Source of the DNA: Acidobacteriota bacterium
GTDB lineage: Bacteria > Acidobacteriota > UBA890 > WLXD01
DNA: 64,000 nt
Assembly: GCA_965248695.1 (NCBI GenBank)
Contig: CBDFKD010000002.1
Location: 3,968,001-4,032,000 of the forward strand
Direction: 5' to 3'
The notes beneath the pieces are model-generated. The model did no database searches, was not told the DNA's origin, and worked only from the letters and a program-made list of their open reading frames with translations. Positions 8,719-18,793 of the stretch are shown here, one piece after another. Within the stretch, counting starts at the first letter, position 1. Every line of letters begins with the position of its first letter. Position numbers and translations under genes: made by a program.

Positions 8719-9569
8719 TCAAAACAATACAGCACACCGCGACCCGGGGTCGAGATGCTCCTGTAGCCCACTGCCGAGCATGTTGGTGGCCCAGACGACA
8801 ACGACGATCGTCAGCCCCGAGAGGTTGGCGATCCATGGCGCGACCCACAGCTGATCACGACCCTCGGCCAGCATGTTGCCCCAGGTCGCCGCTGGCGGCG
8901 GCACTCCCAGGCCGAGGAAGCTGAGGGCGGTTTCCTGCAGGATCACGTGCGCTACCTGCAGCGTGGAGACCGCCGCCAGCACTGGTAGTAGGTGCGGGAA
9001 GATGTGGCGGGACAGGATGTAGAGGTCACCGGCACCCTGCGCCACGGCCGCCTCGACGAAGGCGCGTTCCTTCAATGCCCGGGTCATGCCGAACGTGACG
9101 CGCGCGTAGACCATCCATCCAGACACTCCCAGCACGATGATCAGATTGAGGGCGCTGCCGCCGATCGCTGCGACGATCAGAATCGCCAGCAAGATGTCGG
9201 GCATCGCGAGGTGCGCATCGGCGAGGCGCATGATGAGCTGCTCGGTCTTGCCGCCGCGATAACCGGCGATCATGCCCAGCGCGGAGCCGAACAAGCACGA
9301 CAGCAGCATCGCCGCGAAGCCGACAAGCATCGAGATTCGAGCCCCGTAGATGAGCCGAGAGAAAAGGTCACGCCCGTAGTTGTCGGTGCCCAGCAGATGT
9401 GTCGCCGAGCCGGTGGAATACCAGGATGGTGGCGCAAGGCGGTCCAGCAGCGCCTGCTCGTCGGGATCGTGGGTCGCCGCGTAGGGGGCGAGGAGCGCCG
9501 CCAGCAACGCCAGTGCCACGATGCCGCCGCCCACGCTGATCTTGGCGTTCCTAGAATGCGCCGCGGCAT
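8719..9569 (-). CDS. Peptide/nickel ABC transporter permease (DppC/OppC type); apparent 1-nt frameshift near the 5' end
   Basis: HLLGTDNYGRDLFSRLIYGARISM, EAA motif FVEAAVAQGA, and ETALSFLGLG...WGNML. ATG 9569 (GGAG RBS) is out of frame; one extra G at ~9550 gives MPRRILGNAKISVGGG. Confidence 0.85.
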
Positions 9570-9572
9570 GGC

Positions 9573-10490
9573 CTACTCCAGCCTGACGCGTGGGTCGATG
9601 GCCGACTGCGTCAAGTCGACGATCAGATTGGAAAGGACGATGGCGAGGCTGGCCAGAAAGACTGCGGCAATGACCACCGGAGCATCGCGCTGGAAGATGC
9701 TGCTGACCATCAGACGTCCGACTCCCGGCCAGGCGAAGATGGTCTCGGTGATGATCGAGCCCCCTACAAGTCGGCCCGCCTGCAGTCCGAGGAACGTGAG
9801 CACCGGATTGATCGCGTTGGGCAGGATGTGTCGTACCAGCACCACCGGTGGCGCTAGCCCTTTCGAGCGCGCCGTCCTCACGTAGGGCTCGGAGAAGTTC
9901 TCCAGAACGCTGGCCCGCGTCAGCAAGATGAACCCGGGAAGCAGGAAGCTCGCAAGCGTCAACGCCGGCAAGACCAGGTGGCGCCAGCTGCCCTGCCCCG
10001 ACGTCGGTAGCCAGCCGAGCTGCAGCGCGAACAACTGGATCAGCAGCAGGCCGAGCCAGAAGCTGGGCATCGACTGTCCGGCGATGGCGGCGGTGGAGAT
10101 CAGGAAGTCGAGGGGCCGGTCCGGGCGTAGGGCGCACAGGACGCCGGCCGCGACCCCGAGCGCGAGGGCAATCGCCAGGGCGATGGCCATGAGCTGCAGC
10201 GTGGCACCGAGGCGCTGCAACACGAGGGGCATTGCGGGCGCCGAGTACTGCAGCGACGTGCCGAAGTCACCCCGGACAACATCGCCCAGGAAATGGAGAA
10301 ACTGCAGCGGTATCGGCTCGTCGAGGTGCAACTGCGCTCGCAGCTGTGCCTCGGCCGCCGGTGTGCTGTTGATGTCGAGATATAGCAGCACCGGGTCGCC
10401 GGTGACCCGCAGGATGACGAACACGACGAAGCTCACCAGCAGTAGCGAGACCGGTGCGATGGCGAGCCGCCGAGCGGCGTAGTTCAGCAT
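9573..10490 (-). CDS. Peptide/nickel ABC transporter permease (DppB/OppB type)
   Basis: GDP, GDFGTS, PSFWLG, YVRTARSKGL (EAA), HILPNA and ETIFAWPGVG...RDAP. Confidence 0.93.
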   Translation of the reverse strand: MLNYAARRLAIAPVSLLLVSFVVFVILRVTGDPVLLYLDINSTPAAEAQLRAQLHLDEPIPLQFLHFLGDVVRGDFGTSLQYSAPAMPLVLQRLGATLQLMAIALAIALALGVAAGVLCALRPDRPLDFLISTAAIAGQSMPSFWLGLLLIQLFALQLGWLPTSGQGSWRHLVLPALTLASFLLPGFILLTRASVLENFSEPYVRTARSKGLAPPVVLVRHILPNAINPVLTFLGLQAGRLVGGSIITETIFAWPGVGRLMVSSIFQRDAPVVIAAVFLASLAIVLSNLIVDLTQSAIDPRVRLE

Positions 10491-10503
10491 CTGTTACAGG
10501 CCA

Positions 10504-11631
10504 CTAGACGACGAGGATCTCCTCGTTGTCGAAGAACCCGGTGCGGACGATCGGCGCCCCGTCCGTGATCTCGACGAGATCCTCCATGTGCAATCCGTAC
10601 TCGCCCACCCAGCGGACGCGCGTCTCGACGGTCGACATCATGCCGGGCTGATAGACGATCTCCTCGTGCGGGCTGATCAGCGGATGCTCATGAACCTGCA
10701 GCCCGATGCCGTGTCCGTTGTGCCCGAGCGGGAACGGGATTCCCGCCTTCTCATACAGCTCGGCGGTGCGCTCGAACAGCTGGCGGCCGCTGTTGCCCGG
10801 CCTGAGCATGTCGATGATCTCCCAGTGGATCTCGCGTAGCCGTTTCCACCAGGACTCCTCCTCATCCGTCGTCTTGCCGAGCTTGGCGGTACGTCCGACG
10901 TTGGAGTGGTACTCGCGATAGTAGGCACCGACGTCGGTCTTGATGATGTCCCCCTGCTTCACACGATAGGTGGAGGGATGCATGTGCGGATACCCGGTGT
11001 TCGGGCCCGCGTTGAGAAGATTGAAGGCTATGGCGTCGGCACCCGAGCGCAGGATGGCATCGACCAGACGGCGGGACATGCTGCGCTCGGATTCGCCTTC
11101 CTGCACCGTTGCGTAGGTGCCCAGCAGAGCCTTCTCGGTGCCGCGAAACGCGTCGATCAGGATCTCGCGCTCGCGTGGCGTCTTCACCATCCGCACGTGA
11201 GCAAACAGATCGGCGCAGGGTTCGATGCGCAGCTCGGGCAGCTCTCGGGTCAGCTGCGCGTGGTACTGGACGCCCAGGTATTCGGTATCGGCGCCGATCC
11301 GTGCCTTGGCGAGGCCCAGCTCCGTGAGCACCTCGGCCAAGAGCTCGATGGGCGAGACGACGAACTCCTTGTACGGGCGCAGGTCCTGGATCCAGGATTC
11401 CTGCCGCATGTAGGCCTCTTCGATCTGGCACAGGACGTAGACGGGGTCGCTGCCCGACGGCCAGACGATCAACCCCAGTCGGTCGCGGATCACGTTGTGG
11501 GTGGCGATCGGTGCGTCGGTGACATACCGCAGGTTCTCCGGCGACATCGCCACGACGGCGTCGAAGTCGCTTTCGTCGATGGCCCGGCGCAGTCCTGTCA
11601 GATCGCCGATAGCGTCCTCGATCGTCTTCAT
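10504..11631 (-). CDS. M24 family Xaa-Pro peptidase/creatinase-like hydrolase
   Basis: Starts MKTIEDAIG with an ATGA overlap on the binding-protein stop. Motifs SPENLRY, RMVKT..E, TDVG, YHSNVGRT, GHGIGLQVHEHP, TVE and MEDLVEIT. Confidence 0.88.
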   Translation of the reverse strand: MKTIEDAIGDLTGLRRAIDESDFDAVVAMSPENLRYVTDAPIATHNVIRDRLGLIVWPSGSDPVYVLCQIEEAYMRQESWIQDLRPYKEFVVSPIELLAEVLTELGLAKARIGADTEYLGVQYHAQLTRELPELRIEPCADLFAHVRMVKTPREREILIDAFRGTEKALLGTYATVQEGESERSMSRRLVDAILRSGADAIAFNLLNAGPNTGYPHMHPSTYRVKQGDIIKTDVGAYYREYHSNVGRTAKLGKTTDEEESWWKRLREIHWEIIDMLRPGNSGRQLFERTAELYEKAGIPFPLGHNGHGIGLQVHEHPLISPHEEIVYQPGMMSTVETRVRWVGEYGLHMEDLVEITDGAPIVRTGFFDNEEILVV

Positions 11632-13134
11632 GACGGCGGGCTCAACGTCGTCTTGTGGAGTCGCAGCACCTTGTCGGTTGGTGGCTGCCAGCCCGTGACC
11701 CGGCGGCTCTTGGCATAGATGCTGGGCAGCGAGAACAGGAAGATCGCCGGAGTTTCCTCGTGCATGATCTCCATCATCCGCCGGTAGATGCGACGGCGGG
11801 CACCTTCGTCGATCGTCGATCTCGCCTGCAGGAAGAGCTCTTCGTATTCCGCGTTGTACCACAGCGCCCGACCGCTTGCCTCGGTGAACCACACGGTGGC
11901 GAAGTCGGCATCGCCGAGGCTGTACCAGCCGACCATGTGGATCGGTCCGAGCTCCCTGGCGAGCACCATCTTGGAGAACACGCCGCCCTCCACCACGTTG
12001 ATCTTCGCTGCGATGCTCACCTTGTCGAGCATGCCCGAGACCGCGTTGGCGATGTAGACATCGGAGACGTACTTGCTGGCGCGCGTCGTGATCGAGGTCG
12101 CGAACCCGTTCGGGTAGCCGGCGCCGGTCAGTAGGTCGCGCGCGCGCGGGATCGTACGGTCGGGCGCTGAGTGCGGGGTTGTGTCCCGGTGTGCTCTCGG
12201 GGAGCAGTTGCCCGTCCAGTAGGCTGCCGCTGCCGCGCAGCAGGGCCTCGCGGATCAGCGGCTTGTCGATGGCGTGGTCGAGGGCGACCCGCACTGCTCG
12301 GTCATCGAACGGTGGTCTGCGAGTGTCCAGCGTCAGCACCAGCGCCACCGCTGATTCCACCGGCGCTACCTCCAGATCGGCAGCTTCCTCCACCCGCGGG
12401 ATCAGGTCGACGGGAAGCTCCTCGATAATGTGGGTCTCATTGGCCAGCAACGAGGCAAGGCGCGTGGAGGACTCGGGAATCTGCCGAAACACCACCCGTT
12501 CGATCCGCGGCGCGCCGCCCCAGTAGCTCTCGTTAGCGGTCAGCTCGTAGCGATCTCCCGGCTCCCAGCGCGCGAAGATGAACGGCCCGGTTCCCATCGG
12601 GCGCTGGGTGCGCTCCTGTTTCGTGGTCTTCTCGTGATAGTGGCGCGCCTCGATCGGTATGTCCGAGAGACCGAGCGTCAGCGTTGGAAACGGACCATCG
12701 GTGCGCAAATCGATGGTGTGCTCGTCGACGATCGTGATCGTTTCGAGCTGCTCGATGCGCCGCCGGCCGGTGTGGATCGAGGCCGGGTCGAGCACGTACT
12801 CGAGCGTGTGCTTGACGTCGGCGGCGGTGAAGGGCATGCCATCGTGGAATGTGACGCCGGGTCGAAGCTCGATCCTCCAGGTGGTGTCGTCGACGGCCTC
12901 CCACGACACGGCGAGTCCCGGCCGCAGGTTGCCCTGGTCGTCGCGCTGGATCAGCGGATCCATCGTCTGATAGGCGAGACTGAGGCCGGCGAAGCTGGTG
13001 GCGCTACCCTCGAGCGACTCGGGAAAGACCGCGGTGGCGACGACGAGCGTGTCGGACGATGCGGTGACGACAGAGCACCCCACCAGACCGAGGTTCAGCA
13101 TGAGGAGAACGAGGCGAGTCTGCAGGCTGGTCAT
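11628..13134 (-). CDS. ABC transporter substrate-binding lipoprotein (SBP family 5), frameshifted at ~12140
   Basis: Lipobox LVGC; PGLAVSW, LRPGVTFHDG.PFTAADV, PMGTGPF and VRVALDHAID. The C-terminal part (DLLTGAGYPNGF...MLDKV...HEETPAIFL) is in another frame and is joined by restoring one CG unit at 12137-12148. Confidence 0.85.
12137..12148. repeat. (CG)6 dinucleotide tract coinciding with the SBP frameshift
   Basis: The sequence reads cgcgcgcgcgcg; (CG)7 would restore YDPARARDLLTGAGY. Confidence 0.75.
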
Positions 13135-13318
13135 AGGACGCATCGCCGTGGTGAAGGGGACCCGATTGCACCGCGATTAATCAGCGTGGTCAAGGTCGTT
13201 GGCGGCCACGTGGTGCGGTCGTTGCAGCATCGTTGAACTTCGGCGACGGGTGTGGTCATGTGGTCGATCTCTGGCCCGAATGATGCCGGTCAATGCGATG
13301 AGGAGCGTCCAGGACATC

Positions 13319-14584
13319 ATGACGACACGGCGCGGTTTCTTGCGATATCTCGCCGGCACGCCGTTGCTCGCCGGCGCTGGCGCTGGTGCCGGCCTGTCGG
13401 GTTGGCCGCTCGAGGAGTCGGCGGCGAATCGGTTCGACGAAGAGCTCTTCGCCACGCTGGCGCAGTTCGTCAGCGAGCAGGGGCGCGTCGTCTACGGGCC
13501 GGATCAGGCCGTCAGCATCTTCGACTTCGAGGCCACGGCGCGCACCAACGTGCCGCAGTCGCACTTCGGCTACATCGCCACCGGAGTCGACGGCGAGGCG
13601 ACGCTGCACGCCAATCGGGAAGCCATCGCCCGGGTGCAGTTGCGCGCTCGTCGCCTGGTGGATGTGAGCGAGATCGACATGTCGACGGAGATCTTCGGGC
13701 GGCGCTGGGAAACGCCGATCGTGATTCAGCCGTGCGGCAGCCAGAAGGCCTTCCACCCCGAGGGGGAAGTGGCCGTGGCTCGAGCCGCCCGCGCCCGCGG
13801 ACACCTGCAGATGCTGTCCACGGTTACCACGTCGTCGGTGGAGGAGGTCAACGAGGCTCGCGGCGAGCCGGTCTGGTACCAGCTTTACCCGACCACCGAG
13901 TGGCGTATCACCGAGGCCCTTTTGCGTCGTGCCGAGGCTGCCGGTTGTCCGGCGGCCGTGTTGACCATCGATAACCCCGTCGGCGGCAATCGCGAGACGT
14001 CGAGGAGGGAATCGCTGGCCGATCCGCGCGATTGCAGCCTCTGCCACGTGCCGCAGGGGGAGTTTGCCGACTACGCGCGCCGCAAGCCCATGTTCGACGG
14101 GCTCGACCTCGAAGGCGTCACCGGGGTCGGAAACCCGAGTGCGACGTGGGAGTTCGTCGATCGTCTCAGGGAGACGACCGACATGAAGTTGGTGCTCAAG
14201 GGGATCGTCACGCGCGAGGATGCGGAGCTGTGCATCGAGCACGGCGTCGACGGCATCGTGGTGTCCAACCACGGCGGCCGCAACGTGCCCTCGGCGCGCG
14301 GCACGATCGAGAGCCTGCCCGAGGTTGTCGACGCCGTTGCCGGTCGCATCCCGGTGATCGTCGACGGCGGTTTCCGGCGTGGGTCGGACATGCTGCGGGC
14401 ACTCGCGTTAGGTGCCGACGCGGTCGGTATCGGCCGCCCGTATCTCTGGGGTCTGGGTGCGTTCGGAGAGGCAGGCGTCGACGCGGTGTTGCAGATGCTG
14501 ACGGATGAGCTGCGCCAGTCCATGCAGCTTATCGGCGCGCCGTCGCTGGAGGTCTTGAACCGCTCGTTCGTCGACGGCCGCTGA
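13319..14584 (+). CDS. FMN-dependent alpha-hydroxy acid oxidase/dehydrogenase with Tat signal
   Basis: Tat motif TRRGFL. Family motifs WYQLY, LTID, VLKGI, SNHGGR (catalytic His/Arg), DGGFRRG.D..ALALGA and GRPYLWGL. Contains CSLCH. Confidence 0.92.
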   Translation: MTTRRGFLRYLAGTPLLAGAGAGAGLSGWPLEESAANRFDEELFATLAQFVSEQGRVVYGPDQAVSIFDFEATARTNVPQSHFGYIATGVDGEATLHANREAIARVQLRARRLVDVSEIDMSTEIFGRRWETPIVIQPCGSQKAFHPEGEVAVARAARARGHLQMLSTVTTSSVEEVNEARGEPVWYQLYPTTEWRITEALLRRAEAAGCPAAVLTIDNPVGGNRETSRRESLADPRDCSLCHVPQGEFADYARRKPMFDGLDLEGVTGVGNPSATWEFVDRLRETTDMKLVLKGIVTREDAELCIEHGVDGIVVSNHGGRNVPSARGTIESLPEVVDAVAGRIPVIVDGGFRRGSDMLRALALGADAVGIGRPYLWGLGAFGEAGVDAVLQMLTDELRQSMQLIGAPSLEVLNRSFVDGR

Positions 14585-15045
14585 TGGGCGCCCCATCGTC
14601 CGAGGCGGCGTCAGATCGCGAGCCAACACCGTCGGCGGCAGGCCGCGAGGCTCTGCTGAAGCTCGTGCTGCGGGTCATCGGCGGTTTCTCGCTGTTGGCG
14701 CTGATCTTCGTGGTGGCGCCGTACAGCTGGATGAACACGATTCACGACCGGTGGCTCGGTATGGGAGAGCTCTCGAGCCAGCCGGTGGTCGGCTACCTGG
14801 CGCGCTCCACGTCGGCTTTCTACGCGCTGCTCGGTGGGCTGTTGATCTTGGTCTCCCGCGATCCGCGAGCGTATCGTTCGGTGCTCCTGTACCTCGCCTG
14901 GGCAATCATGGCCCTTGGCGTGGCCCTGTTCTTCATCGACCAGGCCGAGGGGCTACCGCCACCCTGGAGCCTGTGGGAAGGCCCGTTCGTCGCGGCGTTC
15001 GGCGTGCTGGTTCTTTGGCTGACGCGTACGCTTGGCGAGGAATAG
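14584..15045 (+). CDS. Hypothetical 4-TM membrane protein
   Basis: TGATG coupling with the oxidase gene; four hydrophobic helices. Confidence 0.7.
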   Translation: MGAPSSEAASDREPTPSAAGREALLKLVLRVIGGFSLLALIFVVAPYSWMNTIHDRWLGMGELSSQPVVGYLARSTSAFYALLGGLLILVSRDPRAYRSVLLYLAWAIMALGVALFFIDQAEGLPPPWSLWEGPFVAAFGVLVLWLTRTLGEE

Positions 15046-15085
15046 GCTGCCGTTGATCCGATCTGAATTCTCGAGGGAGGCTCTG

Positions 15086-17056
15086 ATGAATCCGCACCGC
15101 ATCGATGGCCGGACACCTGCAACAGAGCGAACCACCCTGGTCCGAGTGCCGATCGTCGTTTCCCTGGCAATCGGGATGCTGGTCTCCGCCTGCGCGGCGG
15201 AGGTGCCCACTCCTCCAATGGAGGTCGCAACCTACGATATCGGCGCGTTTCTGGACACCACGAACTATCGAGGTGCTTCGTTCTCGCCCGACAACTCGAG
15301 CCTGCTGGTGAGCACCGACCAGACGGGCATCTTCAACGCCTTTACGTTGGCAGTGGACGGCTCGGGTGGGGACCAGCTCACAAGCTCGAGTACGGACTCT
15401 GTCTTCGCGCTCGGCTATTTCCCCGACGATGAGAGAATCCTTTACGGCGCCGACCAGGGGGGCAACGAGCTGCGACACCTGTACGTGCGCGATCCCGATG
15501 GTGCGGTGACCGACCTCACCCCGGGGGAGGAGCACATCGGTAACTTCGCCGGCTGGGCGGGCGACAACGAGTCGTTTTACGTATCGAGCAATGAGCGGGA
15601 CCGCCGGTTCTTCGATGTGTACGAATACGACGTCAATACCTACGACCGTGAGCTGATTTTCGAGAACGAGGGGTTCTTCCCGGCCGGGAGCTCGAACGAC
15701 GGGCGTATGATCGCGCTGGCGAAGATGAACACCAACGCCGACTCCGACGCGCTGGTCTATGATCGCGACACCGGCGAGCTACGCAACCTCTCGGCACACG
15801 AGGGCGATATTTCCAATTCGCCCGCCGATTTCACTCCGGACGATCGCGGCCTGCTGGTGCTCACCGACGACGGTGCCGAGTTTGCCTACCTGGTTCGTTA
15901 CGATCTGGAGACCGGCGCCCGGGAAGAGATGCTGCGCGCCGACTGGGACATCTCCTTCGCGGCCTACTCGCGCGGTGGCACATATCTGGTGGTCGGAATC
16001 AACAACGACGCCCGTACCGAGCTACGCCTGTACGAGGCCGCGACGATGGCGCTCGTCGAGCTGCCTGATCTCGGTGACGCCGAGATCAGCTCCGTGTCGA
16101 TCTCGCGCGATGAGCAACACATGGCGTTCTACTCCTCATCAAGCCGTGCGCCGCGCGATCTCTTCTACTATCGACTCGGCGCCGACGCACCGGTTCAACT
16201 GACCCGCTCGCTCAACCCGAACATCGACCCCGACCATCTGGTGGACGGAAGCGTCAAGTGGTTCGAGTCGTGGGACGGTCTGGAGGTTCCGGGCATTCTC
16301 TACAAGCCCCATCAGGCCAGCCCGGACAACAAGGTGCCGGCCCTGTTGTGGGTGCACGGCGGTCCCGGCGGCCAGTCGCGCATCGGCTACTCCGGACTGA
16401 TCCAGTACGTGGTCAACCACGGCTACGCGGTATACGCGATCAACAACCGCGGTAGCTCCGGGTATGGCAAGACGTTCTTCCACCTCGACGATCAACGGCA
16501 CGGTCACGACGACCTCGACGATTGCGTCGCCAGCAAACGAATGCTGATCGACACGACCTGGGTCGATCCCGACCGGATCGGCATCCTCGGAGGTAGCTAC
16601 GGCGGCTACATGACCCTCGCCGCGCTCACCTTCCGACCGGAAGAATTCACCGTTGGCGTGGATCTGTTCGGCATATCCAACTGGGTACGGACGCTCGAGA
16701 GCATTCCGCCGTGGTGGGAGGCGCAGCGCGCCATGCTGGAGAACGAGATGGGCCCGTTCGACGACCTGGACACCTTCCGCGCCAAGTCGCCGCTGTTCCA
16801 CGCCGACCAGATCGTCCGACCGCTGATGGTGCTCCAGGGAGCCAACGATCCGCGCGTGGTCAAGGCGGAATCTGACGACATCGTCGAGGCGGTGCGTGAG
16901 AACGGTGTGCCGGTGGAATATGTCGTGTTCGATGACGAGGGTCACGGGTTCGTCAAGAAGGAGAACCAGGAGGAGGGGTATCGGAAGATCCTCGAGTTCC
17001 TGGAAACCCATCTGCGCGGCGCGGCTGCCCCAGCGTCCGACCGGGCGACGGGGTAA
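15086..17056 (+). CDS. S9 family (acylaminoacyl/prolyl oligo-) peptidase, lipoprotein
   Basis: GGAGG RBS and lipobox VSAC. Beta-propeller N-domain, VHGGPG, and catalytic triad GGSYGG / GANDPRV / DEGHGF. Confidence 0.93.
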   Translation: MNPHRIDGRTPATERTTLVRVPIVVSLAIGMLVSACAAEVPTPPMEVATYDIGAFLDTTNYRGASFSPDNSSLLVSTDQTGIFNAFTLAVDGSGGDQLTSSSTDSVFALGYFPDDERILYGADQGGNELRHLYVRDPDGAVTDLTPGEEHIGNFAGWAGDNESFYVSSNERDRRFFDVYEYDVNTYDRELIFENEGFFPAGSSNDGRMIALAKMNTNADSDALVYDRDTGELRNLSAHEGDISNSPADFTPDDRGLLVLTDDGAEFAYLVRYDLETGAREEMLRADWDISFAAYSRGGTYLVVGINNDARTELRLYEAATMALVELPDLGDAEISSVSISRDEQHMAFYSSSSRAPRDLFYYRLGADAPVQLTRSLNPNIDPDHLVDGSVKWFESWDGLEVPGILYKPHQASPDNKVPALLWVHGGPGGQSRIGYSGLIQYVVNHGYAVYAINNRGSSGYGKTFFHLDDQRHGHDDLDDCVASKRMLIDTTWVDPDRIGILGGSYGGYMTLAALTFRPEEFTVGVDLFGISNWVRTLESIPPWWEAQRAMLENEMGPFDDLDTFRAKSPLFHADQIVRPLMVLQGANDPRVVKAESDDIVEAVRENGVPVEYVVFDDEGHGFVKKENQEEGYRKILEFLETHLRGAAAPASDRATG

Positions 17057-17126
17057 CCGGGCGACGGGGTGACGCTCGAGGCTTCGCCGGCACGGCGACG
17101 TGTATGGACCATCTGACGAGGACGAG

Positions 17127-18746
17127 ATGCGACGACGCGACTTTCTGCGCCATTCGCTAGCCGGAACCGTAGCCGTGGCCTCGAGCGTGCCCCAGAGCCG
17201 AGCGGCAGCTGCGACCCACAGTGCCCATGTCGGTGAACAGCAGAGCGCCGACGTCGTCGTCGAGGAGGTCAGCGTGCGCGACCTCCAGGCTCAGATGGCC
17301 GCCGGGCGATTCAGCGCCGAGCAGCTGGTGCGAACGTACCTGGATCGGGTCGAGTCGATCGATCGTGCCGGCCCGACTCTGAACTCGATCATCGAGGTGA
17401 ACCCCGACGCGCTGCCGATCGCTCGGAGCCTCGACGGGGAGCGTGACGCGGGGCAGGTACGTGGACCTCTCCACGGCATCCCGGTGGTGATCAAAGACAA
17501 CATCGACACCGGCGACCGGATGCTGACCACCGCCGGTTCTCTGGCGCTGGTGGATGCGCCGAGGCCGCGTGACGCGTTCATCGTCGAGCGCCTGCGCGAG
17601 GCCGGCGCGGTGTTGCTCGCCAAGACCAACTTGAGCGAGTGGGCCAACATGCGCTCGACGCGCAGCAGCTCGGGATGGAGTGGTCGCGGTGGCCAGACCC
17701 ACAATCCGTACGTGCTCGATCGCAGCCCCTGCGGATCGAGCTCGGGCTCGGGTGCTGCGGTCTCGGCCAGTCTGGCCGCTCTCGCCATCGGCACCGAGAC
17801 CGACGGCTCGATCGTCTGCCCAGCGAGCGCTTCCGGGATCGTCGGCATCAAGCCGACGCTGGGGCTGTGGAGCCGCGGCGGGATCATTCCGCTGGCCCAC
17901 AGCCAGGACACCGCCGGGCCGATGGCGCGGACGGTTGCCGACGCAGCGGCGCTGCTCGGTGCACTGACCGGGGTCGACCCGAACGATCCGGATACCGAGG
18001 CCTCAGCCGATCACCGTCGGGCTGATTACACTCAGGCCCTCGACGCCGACGGACTGCGGGGCGCCCGAATCGGCGTCGTGCGTGCCTTCTTCGGGTTCCA
18101 CGAGCGTGTCGATGCGCTGATGGATCGTGCGATCGAGGCGATGCGGCAGGCAGGCGCAGTGATCGTAGATCCGGTCGAGATCCCGAACACCGACAAGTAC
18201 CGGGATACCGAGAACGAGGTCCTGCTGTACGAGCTCAAGGCCGACATGGGGGCCTACCTGGCGGCGCGCGGCGGCAGGATGCAGAGCCTCGCCGACCTGA
18301 TCGCCTTCAACCAGGAGAATCGCGACCGCGAGATGCCCTACTTCGGCCAGGAGCTGTTCGAGATGGCCCAGGCGAAGGGGCCGCTCACCGAGCAGGCGTA
18401 CCTCGACGCGCTGGCGAACAACCGGCGCTACGCCGGGCCCGAGGGTATCGATCTGGCACTGGGTGAGCATCGCCTCGACGTGCTCGTGGCGCCCACCGAC
18501 GGTCCCGCCTGGCCCATCGACCTGGTGACTGGCGACCACTTCCTTGGGGGAAGCTCCAGCCCTGCCGCCGTCTCCGGCTATCCCAGCATTACGGTTCCGG
18601 CAGGCAATGTCTTCGGGCTACCTGTAGGGATCTCGTTCATCGGACCGGCATGGGGTGAGCCCACGCTGATCCGACTGGCGTACAACTACGAACAGGCGAC
18701 TCGCCACCGCGCGGCGCCAGCGTTCCTGCCTAGTCTGCCGCTTTGA
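17127..18746 (+). CDS. Amidase signature family enzyme with Tat signal
   Basis: MRRRDFL; GPLHGIPVVIKDNI, KTNLSEWAN, GSSSGSGAAV and GTETDGSIVCPAS (Ser-cisSer-Lys triad). Confidence 0.93.
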   Translation: MRRRDFLRHSLAGTVAVASSVPQSRAAAATHSAHVGEQQSADVVVEEVSVRDLQAQMAAGRFSAEQLVRTYLDRVESIDRAGPTLNSIIEVNPDALPIARSLDGERDAGQVRGPLHGIPVVIKDNIDTGDRMLTTAGSLALVDAPRPRDAFIVERLREAGAVLLAKTNLSEWANMRSTRSSSGWSGRGGQTHNPYVLDRSPCGSSSGSGAAVSASLAALAIGTETDGSIVCPASASGIVGIKPTLGLWSRGGIIPLAHSQDTAGPMARTVADAAALLGALTGVDPNDPDTEASADHRRADYTQALDADGLRGARIGVVRAFFGFHERVDALMDRAIEAMRQAGAVIVDPVEIPNTDKYRDTENEVLLYELKADMGAYLAARGGRMQSLADLIAFNQENRDREMPYFGQELFEMAQAKGPLTEQAYLDALANNRRYAGPEGIDLALGEHRLDVLVAPTDGPAWPIDLVTGDHFLGGSSSPAAVSGYPSITVPAGNVFGLPVGISFIGPAWGEPTLIRLAYNYEQATRHRAAPAFLPSLPL

Positions 18747-18793
18747 AACAATTGACGGCCGGCGCGCGCGCCCCGGCGACCGGGCTCAGGGAT

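Noticed and set aside
9570-10137. N-terminal extension of the DppC-like ORF
   Set aside because: It is an alternative frame overlapping the DppB-like gene.
10504-13143. 879-aa SBP-M24 peptidase fusion ORF
   Set aside because: The linker is out-of-frame SBP sequence caused by the (CG)n shift. The SBP C-terminus is in ORF 11628..12032, and the peptidase has its own ATGA-coupled start.
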